Under the pieces are notes generated by a model. That model was not told the origin of the DNA and did no database searches. It saw only the letters and a list, made by a program, of their open reading frames with translations. Shown piece by piece: positions 48,218 to 58,361 of a stretch of 64,000 nucleotides of DNA (positions are counted from its first letter, which is position 1; every line of letters starts with the position of its first letter). The position numbers and the translations under genes were made by a program. This DNA is from Negativicutes bacterium (GTDB lineage Bacteria; Bacillota; Negativicutes; UBA1444): NCBI GenBank assembly GCA_963665275.2, contig CAXXIN010000012.1, forward strand, positions 64,001-128,000, given 5' to 3'.

Positions 48218-48778
48218 TTATTCCTGAATGTACGGAGCCTGCCCGACTTTGTAAAAATCCTTGCCTTCCGCATCCATAACTACGATGACCGGGAAATCTT
48301 CCACGACCATGCTGGCAATCGCTTCCGGACCGAGGTCCGCATAAGCCAGTACTTTGTACTCTTTGACCCGTTTGGCAATAAGCGCCCCTGCGCCGCCTAC
48401 GGCGGCAAAATATACCACACCGTGTTTTTTCATGGCATCAACGACTGCCTGGCTCCGGTTGCCTTTGCCGATCATTCCCCGCAGCCCTTCTTCAATCAAC
48501 CGGGGCGTGTAGCTGTCCATGCGCCCGGAGGTGGTAGGACCAGCCGATCCGATCGGTTCGCCGGGCTTGGCGGGTGAGGGACCAACATAGTAGACTACTT
48601 GATTTTTCAGATCAACCGGTAGAGGCTCCCCTCTGTTCAAGGCTTCCACCATCAGCTTGTGCGCCGCATCGCGGGCGGCAATGATCGTTCCTGAAATCAA
48701 TACGCTGTCGCCGGCTTTCAGTGAGCGGGCAACGGATTCATCAAAAGGAGCAGTGATACGGATCGGTTCTTTAGCCAT
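48218..48778 (-). CDS. Class I fumarate hydratase / tartrate dehydratase beta subunit
   Basis: ARDAAHK, GPTTSGRMD, MIGKG. Confidence 0.9.
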   Translation of the reverse strand: MAKEPIRITAPFDESVARSLKAGDSVLISGTIIAARDAAHKLMVEALNRGEPLPVDLKNQVVYYVGPSPAKPGEPIGSAGPTTSGRMDSYTPRLIEEGLRGMIGKGNRSQAVVDAMKKHGVVYFAAVGGAGALIAKRVKEYKVLAYADLGPEAIASMVVEDFPVIVVMDAEGKDFYKVGQAPYIQE

Positions 48779-48792
48779 GTTCCCCATCCCTC

Positions 48793-49638
48793 CTACAACT
48801 CTACTTCGGCATGCCGGGCTGCATGGCAGTTGATGTTGACAGCTACCGGCAGGCTGGCGATGTGAGTGGGATACCATTCGATGTTGACTTTCAGCGCAGT
48901 CGTAAGACCGCCGAGTCCCTGCGGCCCAATGCCGGTCTTGTTGATCAGCGTCAGTAGTTCCTCTTCCAGCGCAGCATAACGTTCATCAGCGTTTCGGCTG
49001 GTGATATCCCTCGCTGCGGCGCGTTTGGAGCAAATAGCCGCCATTTCCATGGTGCCGCCCAGTCCCACTCCCACAACCATCGGCGGGCAGGAGTTGGATC
49101 CGGCTGCTTTCACGACTTCCAGAACGAACTTCTTCACTCCGGCGACTCCGTCGGCCGGAACCATCATTTTGACGGCGCTTTTGTTCTCCGAGCCGGCCCC
49201 TTTGGGCGCCAGTTTGATTTTCACTTTGTCACCCGGCACGATACGGGTGTGGATCACTGCAGGAGTGTTGTTCTTGGTGTTTTTGCGGTCGAACAGGGGC
49301 TCCGCTACAGCGGATTTGCGCAGATAGTAGTCGACATAGCCCTTGGCCACTCCCGCATGAATCGCTTCATCCAGAGCACCGCCGGTGAGATGAACATCCT
49401 GGCCGACATCGATGAACACGATGGCCAACCCGGTATCCTGACAAATCGGCATGTCTTCGTTGCGGGCTATGTCAGCGTTCTCCATCAATTGGCCGATAAT
49501 TTCCTGGCCACTGGGGGATGGTTCGCTGGCCCGGGCTTTCTGAAACGCCTCATAAACATCCTTTGGCAGATAACAGTTGGCTTGCTTGGCCAGTTCAGCC
49601 ACGGCTGCCGTAATCTGGGAAACAGGCAATTCACGCAT
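48793..49638 (-). CDS. Class I fumarate hydratase / tartrate dehydratase alpha subunit (Fe-S)
   Basis: PICQDTG, KGAGSEN, CPP, GPQGLGG, NINCHA. Confidence 0.92.
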   Translation of the reverse strand: MRELPVSQITAAVAELAKQANCYLPKDVYEAFQKARASEPSPSGQEIIGQLMENADIARNEDMPICQDTGLAIVFIDVGQDVHLTGGALDEAIHAGVAKGYVDYYLRKSAVAEPLFDRKNTKNNTPAVIHTRIVPGDKVKIKLAPKGAGSENKSAVKMMVPADGVAGVKKFVLEVVKAAGSNSCPPMVVGVGLGGTMEMAAICSKRAAARDITSRNADERYAALEEELLTLINKTGIGPQGLGGLTTALKVNIEWYPTHIASLPVAVNINCHAARHAEVEL

Positions 49639-49702
49639 AAACGATCCTTCCTTTCCACATTTTCATATCGTCGCTTTGATCCCGGTTATTTGAAAGCTCG
49701 AC

Positions 49703-51106
49703 TTACCAGAGGCCGAGAACCTTCCACCAGAAAGAGCCGAAGCCGATGAAAATAACCATGTTGACAACTGAAATGACAAAGCCGAGCTTCCACCACGTTC
49801 CCTGTGGAGTATAGCCGGCGCCGAAATAAATCGGTGCGGGCCCGGTAGAGTAGTGGGTCAATCCACCAAACAAAGCAGAGATAACGCCCAGTCCCATTGC
49901 GGCGAGGAAGGGGGGCGCACCGGTTCCGACTGCTACAGCCAAAAACGCAGCATACATGGCTGTAACGTGAGCCGACAGACTGGCGAATGCATAGTGGGAA
50001 TACATGTAAACAGCCAGAAGGATGCCGAGTGCGGCCATCCAGGAGATGCCGGCCAATGACGCACCAACCAGTTTGGCAAACCAGGCGATAAGGCCGACTT
50101 TGTTCAAGGCCCCGGCCATACTAATCAGGCCGCCCATCCAGATAAGAGTATCCCATGCGCCCTTTTCTTCGAGAACGTCTTTCCATTCAATGGCCTGTCC
50201 CAAAAGCATGAGACCGACGCAGACAACGGCAACAACTGTGGCATTCAGCTTGGTGTATCCCGAAGTTGCCCAGAGGACAAGCGCCAACACGAACACGCCA
50301 GCCACGACCTTTTCACCGAAGGACATGGGACCCATTTTCGCAATTTCGGTGCTTGCAATATTTTTCGCCTCAGGAGTTTTAATGATTTCCGGCGGGTAAA
50401 TTTTATACATGATATACGGCATTACCGCCAGCGCGATTAATCCAGGCAGAACGGCCGCCATAGCCCAGGTTCCCCAGTTCAGGTCGACTTTGGCTGTCTG
50501 CATGGCCATTGCCGCCACCAAGGTATTCGGTGCGACAGAGGTCAGGAACATAGCCGAAGTGATGGTATTGCCCTGAAAGGCGGTTGTCATGAGGTAGGCG
50601 CCGAGTTTGCGGGAACTCGGTCCCGGTTCGGAGCCAAATGCCGCAGCCAGACTGCGGACAATCGGATACATGATGCCGCCGCCACGGGCGGTATTGGAAG
50701 GAGTGGCAGGGGAAATGATCAGGTCGCTGAGCACCAGGGCGTAGCCGAGTTTCAACGAGCTGTCACCAATGGCTCCCATGATCTTGTAGGCGATACGCCG
50801 CCCAAGGCCGGTTTTGATAAAACCCTTTGCAAATAGGAAGGCGGACACGATCAGCCACATGGTGACATCGCCGAATCCAACCAAAATCTCTGCTGGTGAC
50901 ATGACTTTCAGCAGGGCCGCCGCGCCAAGCGCGATAAAGGCGACCGCGCCGATGGGGAGAGGCTGCAGAATAAAACCGAGGATCGTCGCGGTAAATACCG
51001 CAAACAGATGCCACGCCTGCGGTTTCAGGCCGGCCGGGGTCGGAATGAACCAGATGATGAGTCCTACAACAATAGCGATGAGTCCGTTTCTCAGGTTCTT
51101 GTTCAT
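49703..51106 (-). CDS. DASS family di/tricarboxylate transporter (CitT/TtdT-like)
   Basis: KTGLGRRIA, PSNTARGGG, THYSTGPAP. Confidence 0.92.
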   Translation of the reverse strand: MNKNLRNGLIAIVVGLIIWFIPTPAGLKPQAWHLFAVFTATILGFILQPLPIGAVAFIALGAAALLKVMSPAEILVGFGDVTMWLIVSAFLFAKGFIKTGLGRRIAYKIMGAIGDSSLKLGYALVLSDLIISPATPSNTARGGGIMYPIVRSLAAAFGSEPGPSSRKLGAYLMTTAFQGNTITSAMFLTSVAPNTLVAAMAMQTAKVDLNWGTWAMAAVLPGLIALAVMPYIMYKIYPPEIIKTPEAKNIASTEIAKMGPMSFGEKVVAGVFVLALVLWATSGYTKLNATVVAVVCVGLMLLGQAIEWKDVLEEKGAWDTLIWMGGLISMAGALNKVGLIAWFAKLVGASLAGISWMAALGILLAVYMYSHYAFASLSAHVTAMYAAFLAVAVGTGAPPFLAAMGLGVISALFGGLTHYSTGPAPIYFGAGYTPQGTWWKLGFVISVVNMVIFIGFGSFWWKVLGLW

Positions 51107-51323
51107 GTATTCTCCTCCTTTTTAATAGTAAAATAAATTCGCCTGAATTTGCATTCCCCATTGATCAAATTCGCGAATCTTAGGATGACAAAAACAAAAG
51201 ATAAAGATTTCAGAATTTCACTTACATTTACTATAACATTCAGACTCTTCATTAATCCAATATATGAAGAACATGATATAATAAATTATTATAATGATTC
51301 ATCCGAAAGAGCGAGGGCAATTC

Positions 51324-52238
51324 ATGGAAATAAGACAGCTAGAGTATTTTGTTTCCGTTGTGGAGACCAGCAGTTTTACCCGCGCGGCGGAAAAGCAATA
51401 TGTCAGCCAGCCTTGCATTACTCACTCCATCCGAAAATTGGAGGAGAATCTCGGCGTCGATTTGTTCGACCGCAGTCAAAAAAAAGCCGTGCTGACCGAT
51501 GAAGGCAAATTGTTTTACACACGCGCCTGCAAACTCTTGCACGATATGCAGGATACCATGACCGAGATGAATGACTTGCGCACCCTGGCCAAAGGAACGA
51601 TCAAGCTGGCAATCCCGCCGATGATAGGTTCCTGCCTGTTTCCATATCTTTTTACCAGTTTTCAGACCCAGTACCCTCACCTGACGCTGAATGTTTATGA
51701 GGAAGGTTCCTTTGCCGCCAACCGCTTGATCGAGCAGGAAGAGCTCGATTTGGGCATCATCATTCTGCCGGAAGAAAATCTGGGAACTCTTGAGACAGTT
51801 CGACTGACCGAGCAGGAAATCCTGCTGACGGTTTCGCGGAACCACCCGCTCGCAAAAGCGAAGTCAGTCACTTTTGCCGATTTGCGTCAGGAAAAATTCA
51901 TCTTGCTGAAAAACAACTTTTTCCAGCGTCATGCGGTTCTGAAACGTTGCCAGGAAGAAGGGGTAGAACCTCAAATTGTGTTCAACTCGGGGCAGATCGA
52001 AACGGTGAAATCGCTGGTTTCTCATGGCGTAGGCATTTCATTCCTGATGCGGATGGCGCTTGAGGGGTTAGTGGAAATCGTCGGGGTCCCGCTCAACCCT
52101 CCCATTCATGTACAAATCGGCCTGGCCTGGAAAAAGGGGCGGCAGTTATCCCCCTCGTCCCGAGCTTTTATTAACTTGGTTTCCTCGCAAACGGAGAATG
52201 CACTGTCACTGCCAATGGAGCGTACAGTCGCCCGTTAG
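51324..52238 (+). CDS. LysR family transcriptional regulator
   Basis: SFTRAAEKQYVSQPCITHSIRKLEENLG HTH; divergent from DASS. Confidence 0.93.
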   Translation: MEIRQLEYFVSVVETSSFTRAAEKQYVSQPCITHSIRKLEENLGVDLFDRSQKKAVLTDEGKLFYTRACKLLHDMQDTMTEMNDLRTLAKGTIKLAIPPMIGSCLFPYLFTSFQTQYPHLTLNVYEEGSFAANRLIEQEELDLGIIILPEENLGTLETVRLTEQEILLTVSRNHPLAKAKSVTFADLRQEKFILLKNNFFQRHAVLKRCQEEGVEPQIVFNSGQIETVKSLVSHGVGISFLMRMALEGLVEIVGVPLNPPIHVQIGLAWKKGRQLSPSSRAFINLVSSQTENALSLPMERTVAR

Positions 52239-52266
52239 AACAATCTACTCTGAGATAACTAGTGTA

Positions 52267-52310
52267 AAAGGCGCGGCCTTCCGTCAGGAGGACCGCGTCT
52301 TTATTTATTT
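52267..52310. terminator. Bidirectional terminator
   Basis: AAAAGGCGCGG...CCGCGTCTTT between convergent genes. Confidence 0.65.
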
Positions 52311-52320
52311 AAACTGATAG

Positions 52321-52833
52321 CTAATCCTGTCCGTACTGTTTCTTGATCAGAGGTTTGATTCCGCCGCTGTCGAGAATGTTCATCACATAATCGGACAAGG
52401 GCTGCGCCTGTGCCGTGGCCCCGGTCGTTTCATTCGTCACTTTGCCTGTGGTCATGTCCACGGTCAATTGATCGCCACGTTTGACGATTGCACTGATTCC
52501 GGGGCAAACGATCAACGGCACGCCGAGATTGATGACATTGCGATAAAAAATCCGGCCGAAGGAATCTGCGAGAATCGCACCGACTCCCGCGGCTTTGAGC
52601 GTAACGGCGGCATGCTCCCGGCTGGAGCCGCAGCCGAAGTTGGTAGACGCCACAATGAGATCGCCGTTCTGAACTTCTTTCACGAAGTTCGGATCTGCGC
52701 CTTCCATCGCATGTTTGCCAACCTGATCGGGATCCGTAAGGTCAAGAAACCGGCCCGGATAAATCTGGTCGGTGTCGATATTCGGTCCATAGACGAAGGC
52801 TTTTCCTGTCAATACCTTTTGCACAATTCTCAC
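52321..52833 (-). CDS. Aconitase-family (LeuD/HacB/DmdB-type) hydratase small subunit
   Basis: NIDTDQIYP, NFGCGSSREHA, RIFYRN. Confidence 0.9.
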   Translation of the reverse strand: MRIVQKVLTGKAFVYGPNIDTDQIYPGRFLDLTDPDQVGKHAMEGADPNFVKEVQNGDLIVASTNFGCGSSREHAAVTLKAAGVGAILADSFGRIFYRNVINLGVPLIVCPGISAIVKRGDQLTVDMTTGKVTNETTGATAQAQPLSDYVMNILDSGGIKPLIKKQYGQD

Positions 52834-52835
52834 CC

Positions 52836-54089
52836 CTACTTCAGATATTCGGTTGGATCAACGATTTTCCCCTCAAGCGCCGCAGCAGCGACGGAAGCTG
52901 GCGATCCCAGATAAATATTCGCCTTGCCAGAGCCCATACGGCCGGGGAAATTCCTACTGGAAGCGGTGATACAGGTTTCGCCTGAGCCCAACATCCCTTC
53001 GTGCGTTCCCAGACAGGCTGCGCAACCGGGTGTGACGAACGTAGCTCCAGCTTCAACCAACGTTTTCATCGTGCCGTTGGCCATTGCTTCCAGCAAAACA
53101 GCTTTGGAGGCCGGGACCACAATGAAACGGGTGTGGGGGTTTATTTTTTTGCCCTGCAGAATTCCGGCGGCGATCGCAAGGTCGTCAGCGCGACCGCCTG
53201 TGCAGGTACCGAGGAAAGCCTGATTTACAGGTGTTCCAATGTATTTTGCAATGGGAGCTACATTATCAACGCTGTGCGGTGCGGCGATTTGCGGCGTCAT
53301 TCCGGTCACGTCAAAGGTATGCTCTGCTGCATATTTGTAGCCAGGATCCGTTGTGAAAATTTCGTATTCGTGCTGAACTTTTCCCTTCAGGAACTCCAAT
53401 GTGATCTCATCCGGTTGGATATAGGCGGTTTTTGCGCCCAGCTCGGTCGTCATGTTGCACAGTGCCATCCGTTCGGATACGCTGAGTTGTTTGAGAACCG
53501 GGCCTGTAAATTCCACCGCCTTGTAAACGCCATAGTCTGCGCCCAGCTCTCCAATAACCTTGAGAATGACGTCCTTGGCATACACGCCTTTGGGGAGCGT
53601 TCCGTCAAGCTCTATGCGAATGATCTCAGGGATGCGGAACCAAAGCTGGCCCGTCACCATGATAATGGCCAGATCTGTAGCACCAACGCCAGTTCCGAAA
53701 GCGCCAAATGCTCCGTGGATGGTGGTGTGGGAGTCAGTGATGACCAGCACCTGCCCTGGATAGACAAGTCCTTTATCGGCCATGACCTGGTGGCACACGC
53801 CCTGGTCTACGTCCATCAACAGGTCGATCCCCTGTTCCCAGCAAAATTCGCGGAAAAGTTTCTGATTGTCTGCCTGCATGATCGTTGAAGCCGGCGCATA
53901 GTGATCCAGGAACACCACGACTTTTTTCGGATCGTAAACTTTTTTGCCGCCCATTTCGTGAAACGAGCGAATGGTTTGCAAGTATAAATCGTTGATCCCT
54001 GCCATGTCTACCTTGCAATTAACGATTTCGCCTGTTGTAACCGTCGGTTTACCGGCCGCTTTGGCCAGGATTTTTTCTATTGCATGCAT
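52836..54089 (-). CDS. Aconitase-family (LeuC/HacA/DmdA-type) hydratase large subunit
   Basis: GVCHQ, DSHT, GTCTGGR, PGCAACLG, RNFPGRMG. Confidence 0.9.
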   Translation of the reverse strand: MHAIEKILAKAAGKPTVTTGEIVNCKVDMAGINDLYLQTIRSFHEMGGKKVYDPKKVVVFLDHYAPASTIMQADNQKLFREFCWEQGIDLLMDVDQGVCHQVMADKGLVYPGQVLVITDSHTTIHGAFGAFGTGVGATDLAIIMVTGQLWFRIPEIIRIELDGTLPKGVYAKDVILKVIGELGADYGVYKAVEFTGPVLKQLSVSERMALCNMTTELGAKTAYIQPDEITLEFLKGKVQHEYEIFTTDPGYKYAAEHTFDVTGMTPQIAAPHSVDNVAPIAKYIGTPVNQAFLGTCTGGRADDLAIAAGILQGKKINPHTRFIVVPASKAVLLEAMANGTMKTLVEAGATFVTPGCAACLGTHEGMLGSGETCITASSRNFPGRMGSGKANIYLGSPASVAAAALEGKIVDPTEYLK

Positions 54090-54109
54090 GAAACAGCATA
54101 CCTCCTTGT

Positions 54110-55381
54110 TTACTTTGTGGGTCTGGCATTAAGAGGAACTGTGATCGCACCCATAGGCATCAACGTAATCGTCGGTTTGGGTCCGAGTTTTTTATAGGCA
54201 AGCTCCAGGGCTTCTTCGATACTCTTGGCTGGTGTAAATAAAAGCATCTGCGAAAAATCCGGCTCCATGCAGGATACCAGGATAAACTGGGCTTTCTTCA
54301 TCAGACGGGTTACTGCGTAAGCCTTGTGGGCACCAATTTCAAAGTTTTTTCGCAGCGCAGTCTCGATCCCCTCCGGCGTCTTGTGTTCTTTCATCATTTT
54401 TTCATACTGAGCGGAGCCCGAACCCTCGCGGCACTCGCCGAGAATGATGACCACGCCGCCTTCCTTAACGGCGCACCAGGCGTTGTCCATAGTCTTTTGC
54501 AGCTGATACACGTTAATGTCCTTCGGGAACCCGCCGCAGGACGCAATGACAAGATCAGCTTCCTGTTTCACTTGGGCGCCATACACTTTGTCAACCATCT
54601 TGCAGGCTTCCTTGTGAGCCTCGATATAATCGCCTGCATATACCGCAAGGAACCGTTTTTCCTCATCAAGTACGATGTTGATCAGGAATGAAGGCCGACA
54701 CATTTCCACACCTTCGACTTGATCATGATACACCGGATTCCCTTCCAGTTTACCGATCACAGCATTCGCGTCGAACATCATGCTGTGGTTGTGGCGGATG
54801 GTTTCATAGGCAGCCACTCCAGGCAACATCGCCTTGCGGCCGCCGCCGAAGCCGGAGAAAAAGTGATGCACGATACCGCCGGTGCAGATAATATGGTCCA
54901 CTTCCGTCACGAGTTTGCTGAAACCGACCTTCGTTCCCCGTGAAGTCGTGCCAAAATATTGAAGTGTGCTTTCATCGTGACAGTCGGGATTATACATCTT
55001 CACCCTTTTGGCAACTGCTTCGCCGACTTCCTCCACCATTTCCGCTTCGGTCATCGCCCGGTGGGTTCCCAGAGCAAAAACGATTCGCATGTTGGCGTCC
55101 GGAATTCCGGCCGCATTCAGTTCATCCATCATTACAGGCAAGAACACATAGCTTTTGGCAATCCGGGTAGGATCGTTAACGATAAATGCTACGGTCTGTC
55201 CTGGTTTCACAATGTCCCTCAATGCAGGAGTTCCGATCGGATTACGGATAGCCTCAAGTACTGCCGCCGCCGGATCAGGAAGCGCCGGGAATTCGTTGAT
55301 AACCAGTTCGTCCAATACCAGTGCCGGATCAAGCGAAAACTTCACTTCGCCTTTGCCATAATGCATACTATACTCTTTCAT
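54110..55381 (-). CDS. LarA family nickel-pincer 2-hydroxy acid racemase/epimerase
   Basis: VNDPTR, ALGTHR, HFFSGFGGGRK, NVYQLQK. Confidence 0.88.
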   Translation of the reverse strand: MKEYSMHYGKGEVKFSLDPALVLDELVINEFPALPDPAAAVLEAIRNPIGTPALRDIVKPGQTVAFIVNDPTRIAKSYVFLPVMMDELNAAGIPDANMRIVFALGTHRAMTEAEMVEEVGEAVAKRVKMYNPDCHDESTLQYFGTTSRGTKVGFSKLVTEVDHIICTGGIVHHFFSGFGGGRKAMLPGVAAYETIRHNHSMMFDANAVIGKLEGNPVYHDQVEGVEMCRPSFLINIVLDEEKRFLAVYAGDYIEAHKEACKMVDKVYGAQVKQEADLVIASCGGFPKDINVYQLQKTMDNAWCAVKEGGVVIILGECREGSGSAQYEKMMKEHKTPEGIETALRKNFEIGAHKAYAVTRLMKKAQFILVSCMEPDFSQMLLFTPAKSIEEALELAYKKLGPKPTITLMPMGAITVPLNARPTK

Positions 55382-55502
55382 TCGTTTCCGTCCTTTCATT
55401 CATGGATTTTACAGGTTTCTTCCTGTTTTCTCCTCTGTTTGCCATCACATCCTTATCAGCTCTTGTCCATTTTGTCAAAATTATCAACTAATTTATTTAC
55501 TA

Positions 55503-55518
55503 TGCAAAAATGATGCCA
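55503..55518 (-). promoter_or_regulatory. Sigma54 -24/-12 promoter of the larA-leuCD-like operon
   Basis: Minus strand TGGCATCATTTTTGCA matches TGGCAC-N5-TTGCW. Confidence 0.8.
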
Positions 55519-55563
55519 ACACTGTTTTTGCGCCTATTTCAGGGATATTACCAAACATTCGTG

Positions 55564-55609
55564 TTGCACTGAAACATTTTTCGAGCTATGATTGTTTCAT
55601 AACGTTTCA
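55564..55609. promoter_or_regulatory. SigA promoter of the regulator overlapped by putative enhancer half-sites
   Basis: TTGCAC-N17-TATGAT; half-sites TGAAACA (55570), TGTTTCA (55593) and CGTTTCA (55603). Confidence 0.55.
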
Positions 55610-55632
55610 TTATGTCGCACGGGAGGTTTCCG

Positions 55633-57507
55633 ATGATTGTTTTCATGGCCCCGGATGAAGAAATATTCGCCACCGCCCAAGCAACTTTATCGTCCCGCCA
55701 TCCTGATATCCGAATCGAGAAGGGACTCCTGAGCGCAGGCGTTGTCCGCGCCCGCGAATTGGCGGGCCAAGGCGTGGAAATCATCATCACGCGCGGCGGA
55801 ACCGCTTCCGCCATTAAAGAAGCCCTGCCGGACATGATCGTAGTCGAAGTCCCCATCACCGGATTCGACGTTCTGCGCACGGTAGAGGAAGCCAGTCGTC
55901 ATGGCCGTCGCATCGGAGTGGTCGCGTTTCCTTCGATGGTCATCGGAATCGACTGCCTGGCGCCGATTTTGGATGTGGAACTTCGCCACTATCTCCTGCA
56001 AAACGAATTCGAAGCAGACTCCCGCGTCCTTGAGGCGATTCACGCGGGAGCCGAAGTTGTGATCGGCGGCGTCATCACCGGACAGGCAGCGCGCAAGCAT
56101 AACGTTCCCTACTTTCGGATTCGCAGCGGCGCCGAAGGTATTTTGCAGTCCGCACTGGAAGCAAAACGGATTTTTGAAGCCCGCTTGTTGGAGAAACTGA
56201 AAGGCACTCTGTTTCGCACCGTGCTGGATTATTCTTACGAGGGAGTCGTATCCATCGACTCGGAACAGCGCATCGTCATTTTCAACCCTGTAGCAAGCCG
56301 AATCACTGGAATTGCGGCACAGGATGCCCTCGGAAAACAGATTGGCCAGGTCTTACCGCCGCTCAACCTGGACCGATTGCTGCATACCGGTCGCGAGGAA
56401 CTCGGTCAAATCATCGAGTTGCACGGTACGCAAATCCTCTGCAACAAACTTCCCATATTGGTCAATGAAAAAATAGCCGGTGTCGTCGCCACTTTTCAGG
56501 ACACAGGAAAAATCCAGCAGTGGGAAGCCGCTATCCGTAAAAAAATTTATGCCGGCGGCCACACTGCCTCCTTTGAATTTTCCGATGTGATCGGCAGCAG
56601 CCGGGCCATACTCGATGCCGTCGCCGTCGCCAGGGAATTTGCCGCCACCGACTCGTCCGTTCTCATCACCGGCGAAACCGGCACAGGCAAAGAGGTCTTC
56701 GCGCAAAGCATCCACAACGCCAGCACACGCGCCCAAAAGCCCTTCGTGGCAATCAACTGCGCAGCTCTCCCCGCCCAGATCCTCGAAAGCGAACTGTTCG
56801 GCTACGTCGGGGGCGCCTTCACCGGCGCCAATCAAAAAGGAAAGCCCGGCCTGCTGGAAATCGCCCACGGCGGTTCACTATTCCTGGATGAGATTGGCGA
56901 GATGGATTATGCGATCCAAAGCAAATTGTTACGGGTAATTCAAGAAAAAAAAGTGATGCGGCTTGGCAGCGACCGGGTTCTTCCAGTCGATGTCCGCATC
57001 ATCGCCGCCACCAATAAAAATTTAAAGCAGCGGGTATCGGAGCGTCAGTTCCGCGCCGATCTTTATTATCGTCTCAATGTTTTGCGTCTGCGTTTGCCGC
57101 CTCTGCGGGAACGCCGCGAAGATATCGGAGCTTTCGCCCGCAACCTATTGCGCCGTTTTGAAAAAAATCCCCTGCAGCCACTACAGTGGAGGACCGATTC
57201 TTTGGAACGCCTCACACAGTATGAATGGCCAGGGAATGTACGCGAACTGCAAAATACGGTCGAAAGGTTGGTGGCCGTCTGCCGGCAGCCGCTCATCCCC
57301 CCTGACCTCGTGACCCGGATGATGCGCGACGATGACGACGAAGAAACTGCTGGCGTGACGGCGCTCGAGCCGATTGTCAATGGCGCCGAAGAAATCCGGC
57401 AAGCCTTGAAACAAACACGGGGCAAACAGCTGGAAGCCGCCCGGCTGCTCGGCATCAGCCGTTCCACCCTCTGGCGGCGCATGAAAGCTTTGGGTCTGCG
57501 CAACTAG
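55633..57507 (+). CDS. PrpR-like sigma54-dependent activator (PrpR_N-PAS-AAA+-Fis HTH)
   Basis: IIITRGGTA, GETGTGKE, ESELFG, GAFTGA, WPGNVRELQN, LGISRSTLWRR. Confidence 0.93.
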   Translation: MIVFMAPDEEIFATAQATLSSRHPDIRIEKGLLSAGVVRARELAGQGVEIIITRGGTASAIKEALPDMIVVEVPITGFDVLRTVEEASRHGRRIGVVAFPSMVIGIDCLAPILDVELRHYLLQNEFEADSRVLEAIHAGAEVVIGGVITGQAARKHNVPYFRIRSGAEGILQSALEAKRIFEARLLEKLKGTLFRTVLDYSYEGVVSIDSEQRIVIFNPVASRITGIAAQDALGKQIGQVLPPLNLDRLLHTGREELGQIIELHGTQILCNKLPILVNEKIAGVVATFQDTGKIQQWEAAIRKKIYAGGHTASFEFSDVIGSSRAILDAVAVAREFAATDSSVLITGETGTGKEVFAQSIHNASTRAQKPFVAINCAALPAQILESELFGYVGGAFTGANQKGKPGLLEIAHGGSLFLDEIGEMDYAIQSKLLRVIQEKKVMRLGSDRVLPVDVRIIAATNKNLKQRVSERQFRADLYYRLNVLRLRLPPLRERREDIGAFARNLLRRFEKNPLQPLQWRTDSLERLTQYEWPGNVRELQNTVERLVAVCRQPLIPPDLVTRMMRDDDDEETAGVTALEPIVNGAEEIRQALKQTRGKQLEAARLLGISRSTLWRRMKALGLRN

Positions 57508-57539
57508 GACTGCTTGTCGGCGACCCATCCCAATCGTCT

Positions 57540-58310
57540 CTATTCTGCCTGATATCCGATCAAATCCTTAATGACTTCCCCGGCCAGAATCAGCCCTGCT
57601 ACCGACGGAACAAATGAAATACTGCCGGGGATCTGGTTCCGAGTGGTACACGTCCGCGTGGACCCCGATGGGCACACACAATTCGCGCGACAGCCCGACT
57701 CAGCATTATCCTGCGGCTTCAGGGGCTTTTCCCTGGAATAAACTACCTTCTGAGACTTGATGCCGCGCGCCTTCAGCTCATAACGCATGACTTTTGCCAA
57801 AGGACACACCGAAGTCTTGAAAACATCCGCCACTTCAAACTGAGTCGGATCCATTTTGTTCCCCGCTCCCATACAGCTGATCACCCGGACTCCCTTCGCC
57901 TGGGCTCGCACGATGAGATCGATCTTCGCTGTTACCGTATCGATGGCATCGATAATATAGTCACATTCCGCGGCAAAGAACTCTTCGGCATTCTCCGGCA
58001 GATAAAACTTTTGAATGACTGCCACGTTTGCCTGCGGGTTTATCTCCAATATGCGTTCCTGCATCACTTCCACCTTGGGCCGGCTGATCGTCCGGGTCGT
58101 TGCGATCAGTTGCCTGTTGATATTCGTGAGGCAGACACAATCATCGTCAACCAGCGTCAGACGGCCCACCCCTGCGCGAGCCAATGCCTCCACCGCGAAA
58201 CTTCCCACTCCGCCAATCCCGAACACCATCACGTGGCTGGTAGACAATTTTTCCATTGCGGTCGACCCAATCAACATTTCAGTCCTTGAAAAAAAACCTG
58301 ATCCAGCCAT
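57540..58310 (-). CDS. tcdA: tRNA threonylcarbamoyladenosine dehydratase
   Basis: GIGGVGS, TNINRQ, DAID, MGAGNK, CPLAK. Confidence 0.88.
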   Translation of the reverse strand: MAGSGFFSRTEMLIGSTAMEKLSTSHVMVFGIGGVGSFAVEALARAGVGRLTLVDDDCVCLTNINRQLIATTRTISRPKVEVMQERILEINPQANVAVIQKFYLPENAEEFFAAECDYIIDAIDTVTAKIDLIVRAQAKGVRVISCMGAGNKMDPTQFEVADVFKTSVCPLAKVMRYELKARGIKSQKVVYSREKPLKPQDNAESGCRANCVCPSGSTRTCTTRNQIPGSISFVPSVAGLILAGEVIKDLIGYQAE

Positions 58311-58361
58311 TCGAATAATCCGCCTCACTTTTCCCAGCCCTGCCTGAAGCATGGGCTTTTT

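Noticed and set aside
52321-54089. Calling these genes leuC/leuD of leucine biosynthesis
   Set aside because: No leuA/leuB or T-box; they sit under a sigma54 promoter with larA, which suggests catabolism.
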